Source: Podarcis pityusensis (Eukaryota). Taken from it: a stretch of DNA of 64,000 bases. The notes below the pieces were generated by a model. It was not told the origin of the DNA, made no database searches, and saw only the letters and a program-made list of their open reading frames with translations. The DNA is taken from assembly GCA_964106645.2 (NCBI GenBank), contig OZ067043.1; one strand, given 5' to 3'. The stretch's first letter is position 1. The number at the start of each line of letters is the position of its first letter. Below, one piece after another: positions 12,933 through 24,917 of this stretch. The position numbers and the translations under genes were made by a program.

Positions 12933-14037
12933 CTGTGGGAAAAGGACAAAGAGGCTAAGCAACACAGCCCAGAAACAAAAGTGGCTAATCTGTGGTTCTC
13001 TAGGTGTTGCAGGACTTCAACTCCCAACACCCCTGAACATTGATTGGCCGTGATGATTGGGAGCAATGGAGGCTGAAGCCCACAGGTTCCTCATCCCTGC
13101 TCCAAAAGGTTGGCAAACATCTGCAAAAAAATAGTACTTTTGAGCCCCTCTCCATCCCCACTGCACCTGTATATAGGCTATGGTAGAGCTAAAGAGGAAT
13201 GCCTCATCCAAAAGAGAATATAATTCTAAGGACCTGAGATACAATGAGAGGATGGCAATTTTACAGCACAGTAGTCATGGTGATTGCATCTCCTGGATGG
13301 GGAAGTCCCTCTTCCTCATTGCTTATACACTAAGTGTTCCGTTTTCCTCTCGTATAATTTCACAATCAGTCTGAAAAATGAAGCCCAAGCTGGAAAGCTC
13401 ATAGTCTCAGGCTCAATAGGGATCAATACTATACTGAGAGGTAGGGGCAGCACTATAGCTAGAGGTGGAGCTCAAGATCCTGGGCCCCCAAATGATCACC
13501 CAGAAAGCAGTAGGTGATGGTGGCAGCTAAACAGTCCCTGCATCAGCACTTGGGCTGCACAAGCAAACATGCAACCCACCAAGGCTGATGCTGGCATTGA
13601 TGCTGGTTGTCACAGCATCTTCCTTACTTCTTTTTTAAAAAGCCGTTATAGTCAGACAGCAGCTATTCAGGCCTGTGCATTGTTACGGACGCTGATGTTG
13701 TTGTTATTACCTTCCTACCACAAAATGGCACTTCTTCCCTTCCCCCCAAGCCAAGTCAGGATTTCCCTTCTGTGAGATTGTAACTGCATGTGCCACAGGC
13801 CTGGCACTCCATTAACCCAGCCAGAAACATGCAGCTTGACGCTTTCCCCCTCAAGTTACAGGAGAACTGCAGGCAGGCAGGCGATTCAGTTAGGGACTGA
13901 AGGAAGCCTACACTTGAGGCTGCCTGATTTACCCTACCAGCTTTAAACCCCAATTTCCTTACTGCTAGAACAGGACTTCCCATCAGCATCTTGTGTCATG
14001 ATCTGTACCTCACCTCCTCCCTCCTTTTGCTCAGCGG

Positions 14038-14039
<2 letters not shown>

Positions 14040-14072
<33 letters not shown>

Positions 14073-14085
14073 AGAGAGAGAGAGA
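14040..14085. repeat. (GA)n microsatellite
   Basis: Directly visible, just downstream of the exon 30 donor. Confidence 0.95.
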
Positions 14086-14096
14086 TGGAGCCTCAC

Positions 14097-14297
14097 CTCA
14101 GTCATGATCATGTCCTGGCACTTCTTGATGTACTTGCCCTCAGCCTTGATGATGGTGTGCAGGAAGTCCAGGTACTGCACGTGGCGTCCGTGGGTGGCCA
14201 GGCAGTGGATGAAGTGCTGCAGCACCGTCTCGTTGATCTCGGAACACAGCTGATAGTTGTTCAGGAAGATGTGCTGCATTGTCTCTGCTTCCAGAAG
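14097..14297 (-). CDS. ITPR3: ITPR3 exon 30 (201 nt)
   Basis: [21 protein letters not shown]...KCQDMIMTE; ag / gtgagg. Confidence 0.95.
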
Positions 14298-14910
14298 CTG
14301 GAAGGAAAGAAGAAGGAAAGGTGAGGCCTCAGGAGGCACAGCAGGTGTCGCTCATACTTATATCTGGCCTTGATCGTTGGCTTCTTGGAACATCTTCCAG
14401 TCTATTTCTTTCTTCTGTCTGCTCAGTGTCAGAATAGGACTGGGAAGACCGAGCTCATATCCCCATTAAGCCTTCTGAGGGACATTAGGACAGTGACAGC
14501 CTCAGGCTAACTACCTCACAGGGTTAAAAACAGGGGATGGGTAGAGAACCATGTAACCCACCTTGAGCTCCTTGGAGTAAAGAAATAGCATAAAATAAAC
14601 AAGATCCCATTTTTCACCCATAGCTTTTAGGAAAGGCCTAGACAGGGTTTTTCAACTGTATCCTCACAGCAACCCTGTGAGATTAGACTGGGATAGTTTG
14701 GGCTCCATGGAGACATGGCCTCACAACCCAAGTGGGGCAGTGAAACTACAAGCCTCTGTTGTAAAGTCTGTATTGGCTGAATCTGAACAGAAACAGGAGA
14801 TCTATGGGAAATTATATCTTGCACGGTGCCTGCACACAACATTTCTTAGCCCCCCCCTTTATTTCACTTGCTCCTTCTTCTCTTCTCTTCTCTTCTTCTT
14901 CATCTCTTAC

Positions 14911-15033
14911 CCCAGGGGTGAGGAACAAGCTGAGCTGCTTATGGAGGAGGGCCTGGTTTTCTTGGTTGCCAGCACAAAACTTCTGCAGGAACTGGTGGGT
15001 TAACTTCAGGATCTCCAACATCTTGGTGTCGCC
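14911..15033 (-). CDS. ITPR3: ITPR3 exon 29 (123 nt)
   Basis: [41 protein letters not shown]; ag / gtaaga. Confidence 0.95.
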
Positions 15034-15352
15034 CTGTTCACAGAGAATAAAAGGTAGGTCCCTGGTGCAAAGTCTTTAATGTACCTTAATTTGAGTAGAC
15101 CATGATGAAGTGGGATGAGGTGGCATCATGATCAGGGGACACCTGTGTGGGACACCATCACCACCAGCCTGGAGCTCCCCTCTTTTCACCTCCTCGCCAC
15201 ACCCTACTCTACCCCGCTGTTGGCTCCCCCATGCCGCTGCTGACAATCCCACAGATTTAGAACAGCATTATCCCCATGAGATCTCTAGCAGCCCAGCACG
15301 TTCTGCTCTCCTAACCATGACTGCCACTCATTCATCTCCTCCTTCTCCTCAC

Positions 15353-15478
15353 CTTCTCATAGGGGATCTGCAGGAGGTCCAGCATCACTTTGTGGGCATC
15401 CATATTCTTCAGCAAGCGCTGCTGCTTCTTTCGCATCTGCTCGCCAACCCCACACATTTTATTGAGCCGCTCCAGAAT
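15353..15478 (-). CDS. ITPR3: ITPR3 exon 28 (126 nt)
   Basis: [42 protein letters not shown]; ag / gtgagg. Confidence 0.95.
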
Positions 15479-15769
15479 CTGAAGGAAAGCAAGTTGAAAC
15501 AAAACATAATCATAAACCACCGCCCAACAGGAGATGAATTAGTGGTAGAAAGCAACTAGCAATCTTACCCCTGATTCTAGAGAAGCAAAATGAGAGGTGC
15601 CCTCACATGCCTCTCCAGAATCGAGGGATGCTGCTTAGCCCAAGGCATATTGTGTCTGTATGGATTACCGGTAATTGCCACCCCAACCTTCCTCCAACAA
15701 GCTCAGGGCAAGGTTCTCCCCTCTTTCCTCACAACTTCCCAAGAAGGAATGTCAGGTGCAAACGCTTAC

Positions 15770-15838
15770 CCCTTTAACCAGCTGGTAGTTCTCACTGCTT
15801 TTTTCTCCAGGGGTCCCAGGCTCCTCATCTGTGGTACG
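15770..15838 (-). CDS. ITPR3: ITPR3 exon 27 (69 nt)
   Basis: RTTDEEPGTPGEKSSENYQLVKG; ccccag / gtaagc. Confidence 0.92.
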
Positions 15839-15966
15839 CTGGGGAGGGGAAGGAAATAAAACTATTCAGGCATCTTTGCAGCAGCTAATGAAGAAGAAAT
15901 CCACCCTCGTGTTTTCTGCGAAGCCTACTCTCCCTTCATAGCAGTCAAAAACCAGGCTAGCCTATA

Positions 15967-16191
15967 CAGTGGCACCTCATGTTACATACACTTCAGGTTA
16001 CATACTTCGCTAACCCAGAAATATTACCTCGGGTTAAGAACTCTTTGCTTCAGGATAAGAACAGAAATCGTGCTCCGGCGGCGCAGCGGCAGCAGGAGGC
16101 CCCATTAGCTAAAGTGGTGCTTCAGGAGCACAGTTTCAGGTTAAGAACGGACCTCCGGAACGAATTAAGTATTTAACCCGAGATACCACTG
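15967..16191. mobile_element. Tc1/mariner-type MITE
   Basis: TA|cagtggcacctc...gagataccactg|TA; homologous to 33956-34636 and inverted relative to 21672-21882. Confidence 0.85.
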
Positions 16192-16577
16192 TACTGTACA
16201 CAAACTAATCTTTTAGGTACATATTATGCTAGTGTAATAAGTGCTAGTGTAATAAGTGAAGCGAAACCTGATTCAAAGTGACTACCTTGTGTCGTCATTT
16301 CACACACACACACACACACACACCCATTCCTAATCGAGTGCTAACCTTTTCCCATCCACTTTTTGTCATAGATACTCACAAGAGATCCAGGATTAGCAAA
16401 AGCTCCCTGTCAAGGGATCACTCAGTGGCAAAGAAAATGTTACTGCTGAAATAATGTGTGGAATGTTCTCAACCCAGGCTTTCGATTCTCATTCATTCAT
16501 CGTTCACAGCACACCCAGACTTCGAACCAGCAATGCAAAGGTGCTCCCTGCTTGCCCCAGAGCCACTCCAGCTCTAC

Positions 16578-16742
16578 CTCTTTCTTCTCCTTTTTATCTC
16601 CTTCTTGTCCATCTTCTCCCTTGGAGCTGCCCTTCTTTTCCACCCAGAGCTCAGACTTCTCCACCATCATGCGTAGTTTATCCAGCTCTGACTTGATCAC
16701 TTTGTAGTTCTCAACATCCTGAGCAGAGATCAGCAGCTGAAC
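16578..16742 (-). CDS. ITPR3: ITPR3 exon 26 (165 nt)
   Basis: VQLLISAQDVENYKVIKSELDKLRMMVEKSELWVEKK...KKEKKE; ag / gtagag. Confidence 0.92.
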
Positions 16743-17183
16743 CTGCATTGAGATACCGTGAAGAACATCTGCTGATGCTGCTGGCTATCAAAAAAAGAAC
16801 CAGGACGACGGCCTAGCTCTGTTAAAAGATAGCATCTGAGACATGTATCTCTCAGTTTGTTCAAGGGTTCCTCAGATGGCTACGATGCCTCTAATTATGA
16901 AATTTGTGCGTAACAAAGAATGTGTGGAGGCACACACTGGCCCCACACTGATCTCAGACGGATGGGAATCTTAGTGGATCAAGCACCACCTGATGCACAC
17001 AGTACCAAGGCAATGCTTGTTCCCTTCATAGCTAGGTCCAAACAAAGTGAAGCAACAGGGGACGCATTGATAAGCACAACCAAGTGGCCAGTTCCATTGA
17101 GGAAGAATTGTAAGACAACACTGAAAGGAAGCAGATGTAGATCACTTGCTGGCTGGCAGAAGTCACATGGCACAGAGAGTTAC

Positions 17184-17349
17184 CTGCTTAAAGGTGTGCA
17201 GGACCTCCTGCCTCTGGCTGAAATGTTTGAAGAGGAGCTGAAGGGAACCTGAGACAAGTGGGGGGTAGTCGTGCATGGTCAAATGGATCAGCACCCGAAG
17301 GAACATCCGGCCTCCTTCATCATCAACTTCTAACATGCTGCTTGTTTTC
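17184..17349 (-). CDS. ITPR3: ITPR3 exon 25 (166 nt)
   Basis: [55 protein letters not shown]; ag / gtaact. Confidence 0.95.
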
Positions 17350-17582
17350 CTGCCGCCAAGTTAAAAAAAGGACATCATATCCAACACTGGTTTTGGAGTT
17401 TCAACAATGATTTGCATGCAATAATTTTGATGTGTTGCGTTATCTAAAAAACATATTTTTATGGTAGCTCCTAGTGATTCATTATCTCCTATACCTACAC
17501 TTTTGGCTCCGAACAAAGAGATGCTCTTTGAAAAGGGCAATTGGGAGCACTAATAGAAAAGCTGGAAGTGACAAGAACTTAC

Positions 17583-17640
17583 CCAACCCCAAACATGGCT
17601 TCAGCCTGCTCGCCTATCCGGTCCAGGTTCATTGCTGCAG
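17583..17640 (-). CDS. ITPR3: ITPR3 exon 24 (58 nt)
   Basis: (T)AAMNLDRIGEQAEAMFGVG; tttcctgcag / gtaagt; second in-frame AG 6 nt inside the exon. Confidence 0.9.
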
Positions 17641-18304
17641 CTGCAGGAAAAGGAAATGCATAGGAAGTGAGCAATGCTGTGCACCATTAGGAGACAACTC
17701 AGAGATGATAATGGGGAATGTAAATAAGAAAGGAAGGGAAACCTAATCATCTGAATAGCTCCAGATTTCTGACCCTGTCATCTGTCTCTGTCTCAAAGGT
17801 GGGGAGCCACTTTTGGCAGGACCCAAAAGTGGCCAACACTCCATGGACCACTTTGACAGGCAGGGGGCCCGCCTTTCAATCATCTGATTTCATATGACAT
17901 CAGATGCATCCTGTGAGGTCAGGCATTTCCTCATCAGGTGCAGAAAACCTCAAGCTGCAGAGGAAGAATAGGGATTCCTCCTTCACAGCTGCAGCTTGAA
18001 TCTGATACTTTTAAAATCCGATTTCCCTTTCTGTTGCCATGCAAAGGAAGATATTTGAAGCTGTGGCTTTAATTCAAAAAGCACCAGATGCAAGCTAGGG
18101 TTGCAAATGGAAAATCAGAAGTGCACCCAGGAATGGGAAAGATGGGCATGATTCACCCTAAATGGCTAATAATAATAATAATAATAATAGTTCCCCACTG
18201 TTGCTTTCCTGTTTAGAATGCAGATGGGGAATCTGTAGCTCTCCAGATGTTGCTGGATTCTTATCAATCACAGTCAGCATGATCAATGGTAATGTTTGAT
18301 GGGT

Positions 18305-19639
18305 GATCCAATCGGGATTCAGGCCTCACCATGGGACTGAAACTGCCTTGGTCGCACTGGTTGATGATCTCCGGCGAGCTAGGGACAAAGGTGAGAGTTG
18401 TTTCCTGGTTCTGCTGGATCTCTCAGCGGCCTTTGATACAATCGACCATAACATCCTTCTGGACCGTCTAGAGGGGCTGGGAGCTGGGGGCACTGTTATA
18501 CAGTGGTTTCGCTCCTTCCTCCTGGGCCGTGTTCAGAAAGTGGTGGTGGGGGATGAGTGTTCAGACCCGTGGGCCCTCACTTGTGGGGTGCCTCAGGGTT
18601 CCGTCCTCTCCCCCATGCTTTTTAACATCTATATGAAGCCGCTGGGAGAGATCATCAGGGGATTTGGACTGGGTGTCCATCAATATGCAGATGATACCCA
18701 GCTCTACCTCTCTTTCAAATCAGAACCAGTGAAGGCGGTGAAGGTCCTGTGTGAGTGCCTGGAGGCGGTTGGAGGATGGATGGCGGCTAATGGATTGAAG
18801 TTGAATCCTGACAAGACAGAAGTATTGTTTTTGGGAGACAGGGGGCGGGCTGGTGTGGAGGACTCCCTGGTCCTGAATAGGGTAACTGTGCCCCTGAAGG
18901 ACCAGGTGCGCAGCCTGGGAGTCATTTTGGACTCACAGCTGTCCATGGAGGCACAGGTCAATTCTGTATCCAGGGCAGCTGTCTACCAACTCCACCTGGT
19001 ACGCAGGCTGAGACCCTACCTGCCCGCGGACTGTCTCGCCAGAGTGGTGCATGCTCTGGTTATCTCCCGCTTGGACTACTGCAATGCGCTCTACGTGGGG
19101 CTACCTTTGAAGGTGACCCGGAAACTACAATTAATACAGAATGCGGCAGCTAGACTGGTGACTGGGGGTGGCCGCCGAGACCACATAACACCGGTCTTGA
19201 AAGACCTACATTGGCTCCCAGTACGTTTCCGAGCACAATTCAAAGTGTTGGTGTTGACCTTTAAAGCCCTAAACGGCCTCGGCCCAGTATACCTGAAGGA
19301 GCGTCTCCACCCCCATCGTTCTGCCCGGACGCTGAGGTCCAGCGCCGAGGGCCTTCTGGCGGTTCCCTCATTGCGAGAAGCAAAGCTACAGGGAACCAGG
19401 CAGAGGGCCTTCTCGGTAGTGGCGCCCACCCTGTGGAACGCCCTCCCATCAGATGTCAAAGCAATAAATAACTACCTGACATTTAGAGGGCATCTTAAGG
19501 CAGCCCTGTTCAGGGAAGCTTTTAATCTGTGATATTTTACTGTATTTTTTGTTTCTATGGAAGCCGCCCAGAGTGGCTGGGGAAACCCAGCCAGATGGGC
19601 GGGGTACAAATAATAAATTATTATTATTATTATTATTAT
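18305..19639 (+). mobile_element. 5'-truncated young L2-clade LINE (RT and C-terminal part of ORF2, 3' UTR, (TAT)n tail)
   Basis: Uninterrupted frame to the stop at 19532 with RT motifs QSGFR..HGTETAL, LDLSAAFDTIDH, GVPQGSVLSP, YADD and the L2-typical SRLDYCN, LQLIQNAAARL, LHWLPV. Ends in an (ATT)n tail. No endonuclease domain. Confidence 0.92.
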
Positions 19640-19805
19640 GTTGTAATCCAACACCATGTGCAGTGTTACGGGTTCCATTGATCTGCAGGTAAAAGTCTAA
19701 CACCTGCCAGCTTTTGTATTGTCTATTAAAACAATATGAAGTTAGAAAGGAATCAATGACACAGTTCAAGTAGGGAGAAAATACAAGGGAGGTGTAGGAG
19801 ATTAC

Positions 19806-19935
19806 TTGTGGAGTCAAAGGCTGGAGCTGTTCCATCAGCTCCACTGTCCTGCATGGGATAGACCTCTACAAATTCTTTCTTGAAGACAGAGAGCAAATAG
19901 GAGATCCTGTAATCCAGACGTACATTCAGGATGAA
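19806..19935 (-). CDS. ITPR3: ITPR3 exon 23 (130 nt)
   Basis: FILNVRLDYRISYLLSVFKKEFVEVYPMQDSGADGTAPAFDST; ag / gtaatc. Confidence 0.94.
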
Positions 19936-20112
19936 CTGAGGAAGAACAGAGAGTACAGAGAGATAATCAATCAATCCAATTTGCACACCTTTCCAACCTT
20001 TCATCATCACTTTCCCTTCTTAAGCCCCAAGTCACTGTCAAGAAAAGGTCCCTCATGAGCAACTATTGGTGTCATGGTCACAAGGTCTCTGGAATTTCAG
20101 ACTTGCCCTAAC

Positions 20113-20309
20113 CTGCAAAATCTCTAGAATTTTCAGCTTTGTTTCCATCACCACAATGTTTTCATTTTCTATGCTCCTTCCCCTATCAGCAGGTTCAGGA
20201 ACTACCACGGCATTCATATTCGAGGGACCAAAGATGGACTGCTTCCTGCTCAGCACCATAGTTGACATCATCTGGCCAACACCATGGATGGACCTCCGGA
20301 CATTTTTCC
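20113..20309 (-). CDS. ITPR3: ITPR3 exon 22 (197 nt)
   Basis: GKNVRRSIHGVGQMMSTMVLSRKQSIF...METKLKILEILQ; ag / gttagg. Confidence 0.94.
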
Positions 20310-21062
20310 CTGGAAGAGCAACCACAAAAATCATGGTCAAAGCTGGTCCTACTTACATAGACCTCTTGCAATGGCTATTTGCTGAGCTTTTGCTGGAGAT
20401 CAGCAGAAAACGCACCTCCGCAAGCAAACCAAAGGAAAGTACTATGAAACTGAAAAATATCTGGTCTGAGTCCTTGGCGGGTAAGCAGAGCACATTTTTA
20501 TTTCTGTGCTAATTTCAAGTTATTTCCCCTCATTATTCTGTCGACATCTTTATTTCTTCTGAATTGTCGTCCAGTGTATGAATATTCTGTGCAGGTCATT
20601 ATATGATGCTTGCCAAATTACACCCCCAGCCATGAAGAGCAAGTCATGGTCATATCCATTAAGTGAATCAATGTGATGTACAAACCAAAAAAGAGAAATG
20701 TGTAAGGTGAATTGTGGGGTTCTACTTTAACCATTTCTGGCCTATCAAGGTTTATGGAATGAATTATGCTTCTTCTGTAATTTGTAAAACCGAGATGGGG
20801 AATCTGTGCCCCTTCAGATGTTGTAGGACCGCCAACTCCCTCCAGCCCCAGCCAGCATAGGCAATGGTCAGGGATGATGGGAGTTGAAGTTTAGCCACAT
20901 CTGAGAGCCACACGTCTGTCCTATCTAAGACAAACAACCCCTATCTAACACCATACCATTGCAGTGCTTTATTAGACTGCAACATTTAAAAATACATGTT
21001 ATTTTTAATTTAAATGATGGCATTCGCCCTTGGCTCATGAGACGAAGACTCACTAGACATAC

Positions 21063-21210
21063 CAGTCATATCATCATTGTACATGGCCTGCATCATCAGC
21101 TGAGGGTTCTGGACACAGTCTATGATGCCAAGAAGAGTTCGTGTCAAGCGCAGCAGCTCACTAAAGCTATAGAAGCCAAAGTAGATGAGATTGTGGGCAA
21201 GACTGACAAC
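21063..21210 (-). CDS. ITPR3: ITPR3 exon 21 (148 nt)
   Basis: [49 protein letters not shown](G); ag / gtatgt. Confidence 0.93.
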
Positions 21211-21213
21211 CTG

Positions 21214-21216
<3 letters not shown>

Positions 21217-21260
<44 letters not shown>
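21217..21260. repeat. (GA)n microsatellite forming the exon 21 polypyrimidine tract
   Basis: (CT)n-tcccag on the minus strand. Confidence 0.95.
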
Positions 21261-21262
<2 letters not shown>

Positions 21263-21671
21263 TTTTATCAAACTAGGGAAAATGAAATAACCCTAAACTT
21301 CAAAACACTCTTGAAAAATGCCCCAAACTACCAATGAGGTCAATAAGAGCTGGTGGTGTCAAAAGCCATCCAATGGCAATTTATTTTCCTGATAGTGCCA
21401 CCTGACGGTGGCAGCAGTGAGAACTAGTTCTTCCTCAGTCTTGGGGCCAAATTACATGTAACATGAAAGAGCTTGTGGACCAGATCTCCCTGTGCCTTTT
21501 ACTTTTGTTAAAAACAGCCACTGGAGCCCAAATCTGAACTGAGTTTGCAGCATTGGGGAAGGCGGATTATACGTTTTTGAAGCTGCTATTAACTGGGGGG
21601 GGGGGGAGGGGGAAATACAGGTATTCATTGTACCTGTATATTCCCCCCTTCTGGTTAATATAAGGGGAATA

Positions 21672-21882
21672 CAGTGGTACCTCAGGTTATGAACTTAATT
21701 CGTTTTGGAGGTCTGTTCTTAACCCGAAACCGTTCTTAACCTGAGGCGTGCTTTCGCTAATGGGGCCTCCTACTGCCACGCGATTTCCGTTCTCATCCTG
21801 GGGAAAAAATCTCAATCCGAGGTACTACCTCTGGGTTAGCAGAGTTTGTAACCCAAAGCGTTTGTAACCCGAAGTACCACTG
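21672..21882. mobile_element. Tc1/mariner-type MITE
   Basis: TA|cagtggtacctc...gaagtaccactg|TA. Confidence 0.85.
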
Positions 21883-22715
21883 TAACTTCATACTGGGTAA
21901 ATGGCATGAGAGGAAATTTTGTTTTGTTTTGTTTTAACTACCATTGGTGCCATGGAGGCTGTTTTTAGCAAAACTTTGAAAGATCTGACCATGTCACATG
22001 AATTTTTTTTCCCTTTATATTATGGCTCAAGCCATGAAAAAGCCTTGACCCCGGTGCTGGAGGAAGTGGTATATATGGCGGGGTGGGGAGGGGAATCTGG
22101 AAAATGGGGCTTGGCTAACGGTGTTTAACGGCTTTTAAAAGATATTGATTTCCATATTTCAGTTTGACACACAACAAAACACTGTGTCAATGGAAATACA
22201 CCGAATCCCACAGAAGGGATACACATTGTTATTGACAAATTATACCAGAACTGATTGTGTACCTAAAAACTCACATGCCCAGTTCATGAGGGCTGTGGGA
22301 AAGAGACAGTCACACATAGTTATATTATTTCAGTGTTATGTGAGATATTAAATAGTAATAACAATATAGACTCAAAAGGAACCCAAAAACGCTTGTCTAG
22401 AATACAACAAAGAACCCAATTTTCCAGCCTGCCATTATATGACAGGAAACAAAGGCAACCCCCAAAGCCGCAAAATATAACCTGGATTTCTTCCCAGTGT
22501 AGACAGAACCTATGGAAAAACAGAAGATAGGACATCCAAGTGCAACTATTTTATTAAATTGTTTTCTTACATTTATAGCCCATCTTTTTTCCATCACAGA
22601 ATCCAAGGCAATGTACATGGGGTTCCCATCCAGGCACTGATCAGACCCAGAACTGCTTACATTCAGCAAGGTATGCTAGGGCCAAACTCCCAGAATATGG
22701 CAAAGGCAAACTGAC

Positions 22716-22860
22716 CTCAAAAGTGAGCTTGTTCTTCTCTTCATTAGCAAAGGGCACTGCCTCACTAACAACATTGTTGAGATAGTCCTCCACAAACTCC
22801 ATGGTGCTGGCAAACTTATTCTTTTTGTCATCCCTTGAGCTATTCACATTGGCATCATAG
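22716..22860 (-). CDS. ITPR3: ITPR3 exon 20 (145 nt)
   Basis: YDANVNSSRDDKKNKFASTMEFVEDYLNNVVSEAVPFANEEKNKLTFE; ag / gtcagt. Confidence 0.95.
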
Positions 22861-23466
22861 CTGCAAAGGAGATTGAATGAACGAATGAGGTACCTAATCT
22901 CCAGCACAGATCAACTCTAGGCTTTCTGAATACATTGAATTACAGGTAATTTACGGGGAGGTTGACTTCCTGGCCATTGCACATATAAGCAAACCTGCAT
23001 AAAGCCAGAACCACCACCCCTAGAAAACCATTTAAAAAAAAACCTAGAAAACCATTTAAAAACCCATTTAAAAAACTGCTGCAAACCCCTCAAGTCTCTC
23101 TGGCCTCCTTCGATCACCCTCTCCAACTGCCTCTTCCACACCCAAACATTCTCACAAAGGTTGCTGGCCATTTTTTCCTGCTCTCCCACCCTCTTTTTCC
23201 CCATGCACACTATTTTCAAGCCATTTCTTATTTCCCCCCATGTACACCATTTTTGCATCATTTTAAAAATTATTATTATTATTATTATTCAGCAAAGCAT
23301 GTAAAGCTGAGGGTACATATGTTAAATAAGCGTAAGTTGTGAGTTACCTGCAATCACCTTGGTGGCTGCATTTATGACATCATTTGGGCATGCGCACACA
23401 CTTCCTAGAAAGTTATTCTACCTGGGCCATCCATATTCTCCATACCGCCAGATGGGCAGTGTATAA

Positions 23467-23496
23467 ATTATTATTATTATTATTAATTATTATTTA

Positions 23497-23537
<41 letters not shown>

Positions 23538-23547
23538 TACTACTACT
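23467..23547. repeat. (TAT)n/(TAC)n microsatellite
   Basis: Directly visible; preceded by an L2-like 3' end (gccagatgggcagtgtataaat). Confidence 0.9.
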
Positions 23548-23776
23548 GTGACCAGTGAAGAGGGTGGGATATGCACCTAGATTAGAGTTATTCAAGCTTG
23601 GTTTCCAGATGTTGCTGGACTACAAATCCCATCATCCCCTGCCAGCTTAGCCAATGGTTAGGGATGGTGGGAGTTGCAGTCCAACAACACCAGAGATCTA
23701 ATGTTGAAGAACACTGTCCTAGTTGCTATGGTCCCCCCTCATACATGCATCCCCTTGTTCTCCAGATATTCCTTAC

Positions 23777-24028
23777 TCTTTGATGGTGATGGCTGTAGGA
23801 ATCTCAGTCCACAGACGTGCAAACTTCACGGGCATCACCTTCTCCTGTGGATCCCTATCCACATGTACATGCAGCATGAGATGACAGAAGGAAGCCCGGA
23901 GGTCAAAGGGCAACATTTCATCCGCCATGCAGAGGAAGATGAGCTCCACTCCCAATTGCTTGGAGATTTCCTTAATGGCCAAGTATTGCCTATCCATGCA
24001 CATGCGGGCAAACAACTTCAGCTGGTAT
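23777..24028 (-). CDS. ITPR3: ITPR3 exon 19 (252 nt)
   Basis: [18 protein letters not shown]...[14 protein letters not shown]; ag / gtaagg. Confidence 0.95.
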
Positions 24029-24310
24029 CTGTAAAGGGCAAAAGCAGGGATGGAGAGGAGACAAAGAGTGAAAAGAGAAAAAGTCACATAAGTATGAGCA
24101 CGTGTGGAAAGTTTAAAAAAAGAAGAAGAGCAGATTAATAATTAGTAAAGTCGAAGACTCTTCCAAGGCAGTTCCCTGTCAGTTCAGTTGGTCTTGTTTA
24201 ACAAAAAGACTTGCAAACGCAAAAGTTTGGAACAAATGTCAAAAGAATAAAACAGCAACATTTACTAAAAGTGATCATCCTGCAGTATTATAAACAGAAA
24301 TACTCCTACC

Positions 24311-24482
24311 CAGTGCTTTTTTCTTTAAAAATGTTTAGGGGCACTCTCATTTTGACTCAAGAAAATAACCATTTTATAGTTCAAATCAGGAAAAATAAAT
24401 ACAGTAAATGGACCAAAGTACAAAGATTGACAAAATGTTTAGGGGTGTGCGTACCCCTGAGTACCCCCAGAAAAAAGCACTG
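24311..24482. mobile_element. hAT-type MITE
   Basis: 14-bp TIR cagtgcttttttct / agaaaaaagcactg; 8-bp TSD ctcctacc / cttctacc. Confidence 0.85.
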
Positions 24483-24734
24483 CTTCTACCCCACTAAAAG
24501 ATTAACACTACAACATGATGCAGCCAATATGTATACAACAGAGGGGACAACAATTCCCATCATCCCTGACCACTGGTCCTGCTAACTAGGGATCATGTGA
24601 GTTGTAGGCCAAAAACATCTGGAGAAACGAGTTTGAGGAAGCCTGACTTAGGGTAACAGGCAGTAATTGCTAAAGAGGAAAAGGGTGGGTCGAGGACCAG
24701 GTGGAACCAATACCAATGGAGAACCACTTGTTAC

Positions 24735-24917
24735 CTATAGTAGCTCAAGACATTCTCATCATGGGCGTTGCCTGCTCGTGCTTCCTGGGCGAGCTGCCGG
24801 ATGCTCTTTTCATGGTTATCGTTGTTTCGGTCACTCCAAGTCAGCCATACCTCCTCCTCCGAAAATTCAATACTCAAGTACTCATGAGTCTGGGACATCT
24901 CCTTCACAGGTCTCAAC
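24735..24917 (-). CDS. ITPR3: ITPR3 exon 18 (183 nt)
   Basis: LRPVKEMSQTHEYLSIEFSEEEVWLTW...AHDENVLSYYR; ag / gtaaca. Confidence 0.95.

Noticed and set aside
18303-19532. 409-aa RT ORF as a nested host gene, retron or domesticated RT
   Set aside because: It starts at a GTG created by the insertion junction, lacks a promoter and endonuclease, and has a LINE tail plus a second fragment in the window; it is a truncated L2
7065-24138. Plus-strand ORFs of 100-160 aa (7065, 13998, 15128, 20066, 23674)
   Set aside because: They are antisense shadows of ITPR3 exons with no recognisable domain or consistent splice structure
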